Shown: in pieces, positions 11,609 through 26,024 of the stretch
Numbering within the stretch: the first letter of the stretch is position 1
Layout: each line of letters opens with the position of its first letter
Source of the DNA: Octopus sinensis
Taxonomy: Eukaryota
Assembly: GCF_006345805.1 (NCBI RefSeq)
Contig: NC_043023.1
Coordinates: 12,710,001-12,774,000, forward strand
Direction: 5' to 3'
DNA: 64,000 nucleotides
The notes under the pieces: generated by a model
What the model was told of the DNA's origin: nothing
Database searches by the model: none
What the model saw: only the letters and a program-made list of their open reading frames with translations
Made by a program: the position numbers and the translations under genes

Positions 11609-12721
11609 ATGCAAATATATTTGTAGTGAATCTTGCACGCATGAAGTAGATTGAATCCATCCTTGCCAAAATTTTAATTAACCCTTCACCAAAATTTTTC
11701 CCACGGCAGAACAATAGAGAAATCTCTATACAGAATGTTGTAAAAGTTTCAATGCCTCAATGGATTCTGACCCCTGCAAACATAGACATTAAATGGACGA
11801 CAGTGTTGATGTTGTAAGATTTGCAATGTTGAATTACTATGTCGTTTAATGATTCTCTTTATCTCACTGCTTCTTTTTTTTTCTATTTCAGAATATAACA
11901 TCCTGTTGATATGAAAGAAATTACTTCATTCAGATGTGCCTCTGATATTTTATCAGCTCCCATCAACCAAAGGAAGATGATATATTTATAAGGAGCATTC
12001 ATCAATACATCAAACTCATCTTATAAAGGAAATCTGTGAAAAACAACAGCAAAATATTTCTTCTGGACGATGGAATTAACAGCAACAATTTGAAGTCTTT
12101 GCTGTCTGGAATATAGAGGAGATGATTGTTTTACAGGTTAATTAAGCTTGGATAACTTTACAAAGGGGTAGACAATTGTCACCTCTTGATTTAGATATTA
12201 AGCAAAATCACAGATGAAAGAGCATAGCATTAAATTATTCTCTGAAGATAGCAACACAAATATGTTCATAGAAATGAATTTTTTTCCTATTTCATAATAT
12301 CATACCATGTTGATTAAAAAGAAATTTCTTCATTCAGAGGTGTGTCTGATATTTTGATTGACTTTCATCAATTAAAGGAAGACCATATATTCATAAGACA
12401 CATTCATCAATACATCAGCTTCTTTATATAAATAAAATCTTCGACGAACGATGGGGAAATATTTCTTCTGGATGATGGAATTAAGAGCAACATTTTTTTT
12501 GCCATCTGGAATGTAGAGATGATGATGAACCTACAGGTTAAGTTTGAGTAACTTTACAAAAGAGTTAACCAATTTATATCTTCTGTTTTAGATATTAAGC
12601 AAGATCACCTATGAAAGTAACATAACATTTAATTATTCTCTGATGCATTTGAACACAAACATTCATAGAAATGAAACAGATACTATCATTGTGATATGTA
12701 TAACGAAATTATTCTCTCATA

Positions 12722-14026
12722 ATGAATAATTCAACTAAAGCAAAAATCTCTGATGAAAGAGAGAAACCATATCACTGTGATATCTGTGGCAAGTCATTCT
12801 CTCAAAGTTGTAATCTAAGAAGGCACAGACGTATTCATACTGGGGAAAAACCATATCAGTGTGATATCTGTAGTAAATCATTTTCTCAAAATAGCAGTTT
12901 AACTCATCACAAATTTATTCATACTGGGGAAAAGCCGCATCAGTGTGATATCTGTGGTAAATCATTTTCTCGAAGTGCTGACTTACCTAAACACAAACGT
13001 ACTCATACAGGAGAGAAACCATATCAGTGTGATATCTGTGGTAAATCATTTTCTCAAAGAGCTGAGTTACCTGGACACAAACGTACTCATACAGGAGAGA
13101 AACCATATCAGTGTGATATCTGTGGTAAATCATTTTCTGAAAATAGCACTTTAACTCATCACAAATTTATTCATACTGGGGAAAAGCCGCATCAGTGTGA
13201 TATCTGTGGTAAATCATTTCCTCGAAGAGCTGATTTACCTAGACACAAACATACTCATACAGGAGAGAAACCATATCAGTGTGATATCTGTGGTAAATCA
13301 TTCTCTGGAACTGCTGATTTACCTAGACACAAACGTACTCATACAGGAGACAAACCATATCAGTGTGATATCTGTGGTAAATCATTTTCTGAAAATAGCA
13401 ATTTAACTCGTCACAAACGTATTCATACTGGGGAAAAGCCATACCATTGTGATATCTGTGGTGAATCATTTTCTAGAAATTACAATTTAACTGATCACAA
13501 ACTTATCCATACAGGAGAGAAGCCATACCATTGTGATATCTGTGGTAAATCATTCACTACAAATAGTTCTTTGACTAGTCATATACGTATTCATACTGGG
13601 GAAAAACCATATCAGTGTGACATCTGTGGTAAATCATTCTCTACCAGTGGTGACTTAAATAAACACAAACGTACACATACAGGAGAAAAGCCCCATCATT
13701 GTAATATCTGTGGTAAATCATTTTCTAGAAGCAGACATTTGTCTGGTCACAGACGTATTCATACTGGGGAAAAACCATATCAGGGTGATATCTGTGGTAA
13801 ATCATTCTCTCTTAATAGCAATTTAATCAGTCACAAACATATTCATACAGGAGAGAAGCCATATCATTGTGATATCTGTGGTAAATCATTCTCTCACGGT
13901 AGTGACTTGCCTAAGCACAAACGTATTCATACAGGTGAAAGACCATATCATTGTGATATTTGTGGTGAGTCATTCTCTCAAAAAGGCCACTTAAGTACAC
14001 ATATGAGTATTCATACACAAGTCTAA
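12722..14026 (+). CDS. ZF-2: C2H2 zinc-finger protein, 434 aa, 15 fingers (finger 13 has lost its first Cys)
   Basis: Uninterrupted ORF, 16 + 14x28 + 26 aa, ends HTQV*. Finger 13 reads YQGDIC. Confidence 0.97.
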   Translation: MNNSTKAKISDEREKPYHCDICGKSFSQSCNLRRHRRIHTGEKPYQCDICSKSFSQNSSLTHHKFIHTGEKPHQCDICGKSFSRSADLPKHKRTHTGEKPYQCDICGKSFSQRAELPGHKRTHTGEKPYQCDICGKSFSENSTLTHHKFIHTGEKPHQCDICGKSFPRRADLPRHKHTHTGEKPYQCDICGKSFSGTADLPRHKRTHTGDKPYQCDICGKSFSENSNLTRHKRIHTGEKPYHCDICGESFSRNYNLTDHKLIHTGEKPYHCDICGKSFTTNSSLTSHIRIHTGEKPYQCDICGKSFSTSGDLNKHKRTHTGEKPHHCNICGKSFSRSRHLSGHRRIHTGEKPYQGDICGKSFSLNSNLISHKHIHTGEKPYHCDICGKSFSHGSDLPKHKRIHTGERPYHCDICGESFSQKGHLSTHMSIHTQV

Positions 14027-14052
14027 CAGTATCAGTATCAAAATATATTACA

Positions 14053-14608
14053 ACCCGGCAGGACAAGTGAGACCACAACCCATGGCCTCTAACTGGGATG
14101 TAGCCAGTCCACTTATGCATACCTTACCTTCTTGGGACACAAAACTCTACTTGTGAAGACTTGTTGAGGCAAGTGAGAATCAGAATCAAAATCGAAATCA
14201 ATCAACATCAGTGGAAATTGTAGCTGTGATACCAGAGCTGGTGGATCGTAAAACGCACTATCCGATCGTGGCCATTGCCAGTCTAGCCTGGACCCGTGCC
14301 GGTGGCACGTAAAAAGCACCATCCGAACATGGCCGTTGCCATCACCGCCTCAACTGGCTTCCGTGCCGGTGGCACGTAAGAAGCACCGACCGATCGTGGC
14401 CGATGCCAGACTCCCCTGGCCCCTGTGCCGGTGGCACATAGAAAGCATCCACTGCACTCACAGAGTGGTTGGCGTTTAGGAAGGGCATCCAGCTGTAGAA
14501 ACACTGCCAGATCAGACTGCAACCTGATGCAGCCTCCTGGCTTCCCAGACCCCAGTCAACCGTCCAACCCATGCTAGCAGGGAAAACAGATGTTAAACAT
14601 GATGATGA
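14053..14608 (+). mobile_element. RTE-LINE 3' UTR element after ZF-2 (type-A tail)
   Basis: Ends GCTAGCAGGGAAAACAGATGTTAAACATGATGATGA. Confidence 0.78.
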
Positions 14609-14696
14609 GGAGGATTCTCTATTGTTTCCTGTGACAGACAGCTGTTCTTTTGTGTACTGGACATTTCCAATGTTTTGTTATTAAACATTTTGTAAA

Positions 14697-14702
14697 AATA
14701 AA
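14697..14702 (+). terminator. Candidate poly(A) signal of ZF-2
   Basis: AATAAA preceded by ATTAAA and followed by a T/G-rich tract. Equivalents at 33423 and 41446. Confidence 0.5.
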
Positions 14703-14721
14703 ATTTTTTGTGCATGCTTAT

Positions 14722-15115
14722 TCTCTCTTTCTCTTTCTCTTTTACTTGTTTCAGTCGTTTGACTGCGGCCATGCTGGAGCACCGCCTTTAATAGAGCATC
14801 TCGAACCCGGGACTTATTCTTTTGTAAGCCTAGTACTTATTCTATCGGTCTCTTTTGCCGAACTGCTAAGTGACGGGGACATAGACACACCAGCATCGAT
14901 TGTCAAGCAATGCTAGGGGGACAAACACAAACACATGCATATATATACATCTATACAACAGGCTTCTTTCAGTTTCCGTCTACCAAATCTACTCACAAGG
15001 CTTTGGTCGGCCTGAGGCTATAGTAGAAGATACTCACCCAATGTGCAACGCAGTGGGACTGAACCTGAACCATGTGTTGGTAAGAAGCTACTTACCACAC
15101 AGCCACTCCTGCGCC
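14722..15115 (-). mobile_element. Octopus tRNA/CORE-type SINE, full length
   Basis: Head GGCGCAGGAGTGGCTGTGTGG at 15115 and tail CCAGCATGGCCGCAGTCAAACGACTGAAACAAGTAAAAGAG(AAAGAG)n. Confidence 0.82.
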
Positions 15116-16385
15116 TATATGTATATTGTGATTACATTTTCTTTTGAGTTGTCATATTTTCTGCCACATCTTCTGGGTAATCGGTAGCCATCTTATTTCT
15201 GGTGCCACTACAATCTTTCTATTTCCATGCTCCGCTCTCAAGGGGTAACCTTATAGTGACGCTTGGTCCCAGACACCATTTTAGGATTTTCATCCACGCA
15301 TGCCCATGGGTAAGAGCCTGCCGGAAGCCCCTTATGCACATGTGCAGTCATCAGCATCAGCTAGGCTTGACCGCTGTCCTCCTCTCTCTTCGCCCCTGCT
15401 TCCAACCAAGCCGGACACAACTTCACCAGCTCCGTGTGGCTGGAATTCTAAAGGCGATCCATGACTTCAGCGAATCTGTGAAGTATGCCTTCACAATCGT
15501 GATTAAACTGTCTCTGCTGTTTCCGCACCAAGGCGACCTAGCTACTGATTGTCCAGAGATGTAACGCTTGTACAGACAGAAAAATAAATATTGTTATTTG
15601 TTCAGAGATCCTTGTTCTCTTGATTTTTTAATGGCTTTGCGGGGTGACTGGGGAAATGTGAAGATGTGCACGACCACTCTTGGACGGTTTTGAATGACCA
15701 TAGAAAGTGCGAGCCCTCTAACTGAAACATTGTGGATTTGTATAAAGGACAGGCACACACAGACAGACATTTGGCCATTTATATATACAGAAATGTTGAT
15801 GTAATTCAGCCTAAGGAGACATCTACAGCTGGCTACACGACATGATCTCTTTATATTCGCGAGTGCCCGTTCTCCATATTTTATTTGTTAGTATAAAATA
15901 CTTTTAAAAAATGGATGAATCTTCCTAATTTTCTGCCGATTTAAGAATTATCTTTTAAACCTGTAGGTGAAAAGGTAAAAATCCCAGCGCTTCTCTATTT
16001 CCTTTCGTAATTGTGCATTATGTTGGGAGCGGGGCCATCTTTTCCCTCCCCGTTGTCATTGGAAGAATTAATCAACCTTCGAATGTCGAACACACTACAC
16101 TACATTCCATCCACTGACGGTTCTCTCAAAGTAGCAACTTAATTATACATGAGAGAAAATAGATCACTGTGATCATCATCATCATCATCGTTTAACGTCC
16201 GATTTCCATTCTAGCATGGGTTGCACGATTTGATTGAGGACTGGCGAACCAGGAGGCAGCACCAGGCTCCAATCTGATCTGGCAGAATTTCTACAGCTGG
16301 ATGCCCTTCCTAACACCAACCAGCTGTAGAAACTCTACCAGATCAGATTGGAGCCTGGTGCTGCCATCTGTTCTTTGGGAATAAT

Positions 16386-17863
16386 GGGGATCTTTCCGGT
16401 TTGAACGGCAGGTTTTTAAATTTCTAGTAAAACTAAAACAATTTTAAACTTCGTATACAGATAGAATGTATTTATAAAGCATCTTTTTCCTTGGCTTTAT
16501 TGAGAAAATTCTGTAGTTTGTAACATATTTGTTGTTTTTTTTTCTGCAATTTCAACCAATCAATGACGTCTATTGAGGTAAAAAAACACGTGCCTTATGA
16601 CTATGTCCCTCGTTTTTGTAGCGGTGTCATATGTAATTGTCACCCATAATTATGACCCTAGGATCGATCTATTGCATTTCAATATGTGTTAAGGTTAGGG
16701 GTGGGGGAAGGGTATCATTTTTTATTCTAAAATGTAAATAAACCCAATCTGTTTCTTAAACGAGGGACATATTCATAAGGCACATAATGTTTTTTTCACC
16801 TCAATAGACATCATCGATTGGTTGAAAGTGCAGAAAAAAACAACAAAGATGTTACAAACTACAGAATTTTCTCAATAAAGCCAAAGAAAAAGATGCTTTA
16901 TAAATACATTCTATCTGTATATGAAGTTTAAAATTTTTTTAGTTACCTAGAAATTTAAAAACCTGCAGTTCAAACCGAAAAGATCCCCATTATTCCCAGA
17001 GAACAGATGGCAGCACCAGGCTCCAATCTGATCTGGCAGAGTTTCTACAGCTGGATGCCCTTCCTAACACCAACCAGCTGTAGAAACTCTACCAGATCAG
17101 ATTGGAGCCTGGTGCAGCCATCTGGTTTGACAACTGTTCTCTGGGAATAATGGGGATCTTTTCGGTTTGAACGGCAGGTTTTTAAATTTCTAGGTAACTA
17201 AAAAAATTTTAAACTTCATATACAGATAGAATGTATTTATAAAGCATCTTTTTCTTTGGCTTTATTGAGAAAATTCTGTAGTTTGTAACATCTTTGTTGT
17301 TTTTTTCTGCACTTTCAACCAATCAATGATGTCTATTGAGTTAAAAAAAACATTATGTGCCTTATGAATATGTCCCTCGTTTAAGAAACAGATTGGGTTT
17401 ATTTACATTTTAGAAGAAAAAATGATACCCTTCCCCCACCCCTAACCTTAACACATATTGAAATGCAATAGATCGATCCTAGGGTCATAATTATGGGTGA
17501 CAATTACATATGACACCGCTACAAAACTTCCGGTCAAACCGAAAAGACCCTTTTTTTTTACACAAGGTAAATAATAAGGCGATGCTTTGATATATAAATA
17601 CACACGTGACTTTGTTTACATTTGCGAAGATAACAGAAAGCCTTTTCTCCCCCACTTCTAACCCTAACACGTGGACATTCTTTTAAAAAACTGCCGGTCA
17701 AACCGAAAAGATCCCAAATATCTTACAAACTATAGAATTTTCTCAATAAAGCCAAGAGAAAAAGATGTTTTATAAACACATTCTACCAGTATACGAAGTT
17801 TAAAAGTGTTTAGTTACGTGGAAATTATTTTCAAAAACTGCCGGTCAAACCGAAAAGATCCCC
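16386..17863. mobile_element. MITE-1 composite (partial copy + inverted copy + full copy)
   Basis: Termini at 16386 and 17863, with an inversion junction at about 16614. Confidence 0.7.
16614..17526. repeat. About 0.9-kb near-perfect palindrome centred on the RTE-tail hairpin
   Basis: TTTTGTAGCGGTGTCATATG (16614) pairs with CATATGACACCGCTACAAAA (17526). The arms match by eye apart from scattered substitutions, 1-bp indels and a 12-bp indel near the centre. Confidence 0.9.
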
Positions 17864-17920
17864 AAAAGGTATCCAAGCATTGTTCTTTAGATGAGAGAGA
17901 AGTGTGAAGGGAGGACAATG

Positions 17921-18079
17921 ATTGGACAGGAGAGAAAATGACGTCAGAAACGGATCGGAAGTGCAACGGCCTGACGTCACATCAGGAAGATATAAGTCAA
18001 AGATGCCTTCTTTCTTTCGGTGTCTGCGACGGGGTCCAGTTCGTGCGCTGGAAACGGTCGTAGATTAGAATATGTGAGT
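17921..18079 (+). promoter_or_regulatory. ZF-3 promoter, exon 1 and donor
   Basis: ATTGG 17921, TGACGTCA 17939-17946, donor GTGAGT at 18074. Confidence 0.72.
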
Positions 18080-20696
18080 GTATATATTCTATATTACCTT
18101 CAAGGTAAAACCGTTGACAGAATGGGACAAAGAAGACACCGGAACGAAACGAACCAGTCATAGAAAATTGAAGAACTATAACCATATAAAGGGATATAAC
18201 TTTCCTTAATTAATTAATTAAGGTGCTTAATTAACGATCACTGACTCGTTGTTTGTATCTGAATACGGTAAGTTTGACAAAGATTTATTTTAAGGCTGTA
18301 ATGATGATGATAATAGCAATAATGATAAGGTACGACTAGCGAACAGTGGTCCCGTGCGCGCACTCGCGTATCCGCGCTTGCTAGTCGTAAGTAGTCGATC
18401 CTACAATTTTTAAAACTAAGTAAATACGTTATTTTTGTAAACAAACTAAGGTTAGGGTTAAAAAGTCGTAGGATCGACTACATACGACTAGCTTGCACGG
18501 ATGCGTGAGTGCGCGCACCTGGACCACTGTTCGCGAGTAGTACCGCGCACCTCTCTAAGATAATGACGCTTACTTGTAAGAAAAAGTTAGGAAATGGGAA
18601 ATATATCCAGAATACATAAAGTATGGAGAAAATTAGAAAGATTGATCTATTTTTTTAATATTTTATACTAAAAAATAAAATACGGAGAACGGGCACTCGC
18701 GAATATAAACAAACTTATAAGGGTACTATTTAAGAAGAGCGGTCCCGGTGAGCGCGCTAGCTAGTCGTGACTAGTCGATCCTTACTTTGTATTTTTGTTT
18801 TATTACTTTGTTTAAAAAAATGAGCGTAACTTCGGTATAGGTACCGGAAGTACCAGATACATGTCAAGAAAGTGTCTTTTTTTTTTATATATATGGGGTT
18901 TTTTGTTAAGATTTGTGTTAGGGGTGGGAGAAAAGTGTTTCTGTTATCTTCAGAAATGTAAACAAAGCCACTCACGGTACCTATACCGAAGGATCGCTAA
19001 AAAATTATTTACTTTGTGTAAAAAAATTATTTATTTTGTGTTTTATTTACTTTGCTAGGTAGTCGTTGTAGGATCGACTAGTCACGACTAACTATCGCGA
19101 GTGTACCGGAGAAAGTTACAACGATTAATCTATTTTTTTAACTATTTTATACTAAAAAATAAAATACGCAGAACGGGCACTCGCGAATATAAACAAACAT
19201 GTATGTACGTATACGTATGTATTTATGCATATATATGTATTATTATGTATACATATATGTGTGTGTGTAAGGGTGAAAGAAATTGTATATTAATTAATAA
19301 CATCAATTTCGTATGGATTTTGGCGTTTGGTTCAGCAAATTATGTTTTTGATATACTCTACCGATGATTCGAAAATGATTTGTAAGTAAAATTACACAAT
19401 CTATTAACGATGAAACAATTGTATAGAGTTAATCCATTTTTTCGTTATTTTTCATTTGTCCTGCCCGCTTACATTCTTGGCGTGTTGAATTAATGCTTGA
19501 GAACAATTCTTTAGTGGTGGATTCCCTTTGCGGATCTATTTCTAGTGTTAGAGTGACCACATGTGGTCCCTCTCTTAATACTTGTATATATATGTGTGTG
19601 TGTATACAAATATATTTGCAGTGAATCTTGCACGCATGAAGTAGATTGGATCCACCATAGCCAAAATTTTAATGAACCCTTCACCAAAATTTTTCCCACG
19701 GCAGAACAATAGAGAAATCTCTATACAGAATGTTGTAAAAGTTTCAATGCCTCAATGGATTCTGACCCCTGCAAACATAGACATTAAATGGACGACAGTG
19801 TTGATGTTGTAAGATTTGCAATGTTGAATTACTATGTCGTTTAATGATTCTCTTTATCTCACTGCTTCTTTTTTTTTCTATTTTAGAATATAACATCCTG
19901 TTGATATGAAAGAAATTACTTCATTCAGATGTGCCTCTGATATTCTATCAGCTCCCATCAACCAAAGGAAGATGATATATTTATAAGGAGCATTCATCAA
20001 TACATCAAACCCATCTTATAAAGGAAATCTGTGAAAAACAACAGCAAAATATTTCTTCTGGACGATGGAATTAACAGCAACAATTTGAAGTCTTTCCTGT
20101 CTGGAATATAGAGGAGATGATTGTTTTACAGGTTAATTAAGCTTGGATAACTTTACAAAGGGCAGGCAATTGTCACCTCTTGATTTAGATATAAGCAAAA
20201 TCACAGATGAAAGAAGCATAGCATTAAATTAATCTCTGAAAATAGCAACACAAATATATTCATAGAAATTAATTTTTTTCCTATTTCAGAATATCATACC
20301 ATGTTGATTTAAAAGAAATTTCTTCATTCAGATGTGTGTCTGATATTTTGATTGACTTTCATCAATTAAAGGAAGACCATATATTCATAAGGCACATTCA
20401 TCAAAACATCAGCCTCTTTATATAAATAAAATCTTCGACGAACGATGGGGAAATATTTCTTCTGGATGATGGAATTAAGAGCAACATTTTTTTTGCCATC
20501 TGGAATGTAGAGATGATGATGAACCTACAGGTTAAGTTTGAGTAACTTTACAAAAGAGTTAACCAATTTATATCTTCTGTTTTAGATATTAAGCAAGATC
20601 ACCAATGAAGTAACATAACATTTAATTATTCTCTGATGCATTTGAACACAAACATTCATAGAAATGAAACAGATACTATCATTGTGATATGTATAA

Positions 20697-22267
<1,571 letters not shown>

Positions 22268-22293
22268 TCATATCAATATAAAAAGTTATTACA

Positions 22294-22785
22294 GCACGGC
22301 AGGACAAGTGAGACTATAACCCATGGCCTGCACCTGGGATGTAGCCAGTCCATTAATGCATAGCTTTCCTTCTTGGGACACAAAACTCTACTTGTGAAGA
22401 CCTGTTGAGGCAAGTGAGAATCAGAATCAAAATCGAAATCAACCAACATCAATGGAAATTGCAGCTGTGATACCAGTGCTGGTGGCATGTAAACGGCACC
22501 ATCGAATCGTGGCCGTTGCCAGTCTCGCCTGGCACCCGTGCCGGTGGCACGTAAAAAGCACCATCCGACCGTAGCTGTTTGCCAGCCCCGTCTGGCACCT
22601 GTGTCCGGTGGCACGTAGAAAGCACCCACTACACTCACGGAGTGGTTGGCAATAGGAAGGGCATCCAGCCGTAGAAACATTGCCAGGCAAGACTGGGCCA
22701 GGTGCAGCCTTCTGGCTTCCCAGACTCCAGTTGGACTGTCCAACCCATGCTAGCATGGAAAGCGGACGCTAAATGATGATGATGA
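22294..22785 (+). mobile_element. RTE-LINE 3' UTR element after ZF-3 (type-B tail)
   Basis: Same tail and same downstream flank (CAAGAATTATGAATATTTTG) as 7221-7706. Confidence 0.78.
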
Positions 22786-23269
22786 CAAGAATTATGAATA
22801 TTTTGTCTGCTAAAAGACAGGGTTTATTCCTCTTCAAGCTTGACATTATCAACTTCAGTTTCTTGGATGTCAACATGAAATTCATGAATCACAACTTCAA
22901 TATCATTTATATATCTAAATATATCAACACAGAGATGACTTTGGTTTCTGAAGATGATTGTGCTGGATTTTTGAGGAATTTGTTTTGAGAGAATAAAGGA
23001 ATGGGAATAAGGAATAAAAGTTTTAAGTGACATTGATTTTGTCTTTGTTGTGTTTTCATCATCATCATCCTCATCCTTCTTCTTCTTCTTTTTCTTCTCC
23101 TCCACCTCCTTCTTCTTCTTCTTCTTCTTCTTCTCCTACTCCTTCTTCTTCTTCTTCTTCAGTGTTCATTTTCTTTGCATGCTTGGGTGGGAAAGTGTGA
23201 CCTGAGCTGGCAAGCCAGAGTGCTGCTCCAGGTTCCACTCAGATTTTGCTTGGTTTCTTTGGCTGTATG

Positions 23270-23835
23270 CCCTTAGGACGTCCATTGCGGTGAAAAACAT
23301 TCTGTGCCTTATGAATATGTCCCTCGTTTAAGAAACAGATTGGGTTTATTTACATTTGTGGAGAAATAAAGATAGCCTTCCCCCCACCCCTAAACCTAAA
23401 ACAGATTGAAATGCAATAGATCAATACTAGGGTCATAATTATGGGTGACAATTTCAACAAATCAATGACGTCTATTGAGGTGAAAACATTCTGTGCCATA
23501 AAAATATGTCCCTCGTTTAAGAAACAGATTGGGTTTATTTACATTTGTGGAGAAATAAAGATAGCCTTCCCCCCACCCCTAATCCTAAAACAGATTGAAA
23601 TGCAATAGATCAATACTAGGGTCATAATTATGGGTGACAATTTCAACAAATCAATGACGTCTATTGAGGTGAAAACATTCTGTGCCGTATGAATATGTCC
23701 CTCGTTTAAGAAACAGATTGGGTTTATTTACATTTGTGAAGAAAAAAGATACCCTTCCCCACACCCCTAACCCTAAAACAGATTGAAATGCAATAGATCG
23801 ATACTAGGGTCATAATTATGGGTGACAATTTCATA
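23270..23835. repeat. Three tandem copies of about 188 bp of a MITE-1 internal block
   Basis: CATTCTGTGCC...GGGTGACAATTTC recurs at about 23298, 23487 and 23675. Only one copy in the 8270-8430 paralog. Confidence 0.88.
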
Positions 23836-24355
23836 TGAGACTGCAAGAAAAAACTGCCGTTCAAACCGAAAAGATCCGAATGTGTGAGTACACGTTATTA
23901 AGATAATCTTGTAAAAATTTGAAAACCCTTGAAAGTGAAATTCTTGTCAGAAAGGGACAAAGAGGAAACTACAACGAATCTCACGAGTCACAGAAGAAAG
24001 ACAACCATATGAAGAGAAATAACTTCTGCAACACTTTAACCCCGGTTCAACAATTAAATTCTTAATTAAGGAGCTTAATTACTGCTTCACTGACTCGCTT
24101 ATTTGTGAATACGGTAAGTGGAAAAAGATGTACTTTAAGGCTGTAAAGGTGATAATACTACTACTACTACTAATAATAATAATGTGAATAAATAGGTTTA
24201 TGTGAACTTCTCTCGATGTTAGAGTAATTATTTATCGAAGCGGAAACCTGACAACAATTAAGAAAATATAATTTGCTCGTCTTAATTAATAACTTCCAAA
24301 CTGAAATGTTGATCTGTTGTTTATGAAAACCTATGATTGACTGTTCCATGCTTGT

Positions 24356-24753
24356 TCTCTCTTTCTCTTTCTCTTTTACTTGTTTCAGTCATTTGACTGC
24401 GGCCATGCTGGAGCTTCGCCTTTAATAGAGCATCTCGACCCCCGGGACTTATTCTTTTGTAAGCCCAGTACTTATTCTATCGGTCTCTTTTGCCGAACTG
24501 CTAAGTGACGGGGACATAGACGCACCAGCATCTAAGGGGACAAACAAAAACACACAAGCACACAAACACATGCATATATATACATATATACGACGGGCTT
24601 CTTTCAGTTTCCATCTACCAAATCCACTCACAAGGCTTTGGTTGGCATGAGGCTATAGTAGAAAATACTTACCCAAGGTGACACGCAGTGGGACTGAACC
24701 TGGAACAATGTGTTTGGTAAGCAAGCTACTTACCACACAGCCACTCCTGCGCC
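24356..24753 (-). mobile_element. Octopus tRNA/CORE-type SINE
   Basis: Paralog of 14722-15115. Confidence 0.82.
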
Positions 24754-26024
24754 TATATGTATATTGTGATTACATTTTCTTTTGTGTTGTCATATTTTGT
24801 GCCACATCTTCTGGGTAATCGGTAGCCATCTTATTTCTGGTGTCACTACAATCTTTCTATTTCCATGCTCCGCTCTCAAGGGGTAACCTTATAGTGACGT
24901 TTGGTCCCAGACACCATTTTAGGATTTTCATCCACGCATGCACAGGGGTAAGAGCCTGCCGGAAGCCCCTTATGCACATGTGCAGTCATCAGCATCAGCT
25001 AGGCTTGACCGCTGTCCTCTCTCTCTCTTCGCCCCTGCTTCCAACCAAGCCGGACACAACTTCACCAGCTCCGTGTGGCTGGAATTCTGAAGGCGATCCA
25101 TGACTTCAGCGAATCTGTGAAGTATGCCTTCACAATCGTGATTAAACTGTCTCTGCTGTTTCCGCACCAAGGCGACCTAGCTACTGATTGTCCAGAGATG
25201 TAACGCTTGTACAGACAGAAAAATAAATATTGTTATTTGTTCAGAGATCCTTGTTCTCTTGATTTTTTAATGGCTTTGCGGGGTGACTGGGGAAATGTGA
25301 AGATGTGCACGACCACTCTTGGACGGTTTTGAATGACCATAGAAAGTGCGAGCCCTCTAACTGAAACATTGTGGATTTGTATAAGGACAGGCACACACAG
25401 ACAGACATTTGGCCATTTATATATACAGAAATGTTGATGTAATTCAGCCTAAGGAGACATCTACACCTGGCTACACGACATGATCTCTTTATATTCGCGA
25501 GTGCCCGTTCTCCATATTTTATTTGTTAGTATAAAAATACTTTTAAAAAATGGATGAATCTTCCTAATTTTCTGCCGATTTAAGAATTATCTTTTAAACC
25601 TGTAGGTGAAAAGGTAAAAATCCCAGCGCTTCTCTATTTCCTTTCGTAATTGTGCATTATGTTGGGAGCGGGGCCATCTTTTCCCTCCCCGTTGTCATTG
25701 GAAGAATTAATCAACCTTCGAATGTCGAACACACTACACTACATTCCATCCACTGACGGTTCTCTCAAAGTAGCAACTTAATTATACATGAGAGAAAATA
25801 GATCACTGTGATCATCATCATCATCATCGTTTAACGTCCGATTTCCATTCTAGCATGGGTTGCACGATTTGATTGAGGACTGGCGAACCAGGAGGCAGCA
25901 CCAGGCTCCAATCTGATCTGGCAGAATTTCTACAGCTGGATGCCCTTCCTAACACCAACCAGCTGTAGAAACTCTACCAGATCAGATTGGAGCCTGGTGC
26001 TGCCATCTGTTCTTTGGGAATAAT

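Noticed and set aside
11400-11714. Minus-strand ORFs MFCRGKNFGE...THTHIYIYI...NNEKMD in each intron
   Set aside because: They span a variable dinucleotide tract, so the frame differs among copies. No domain.
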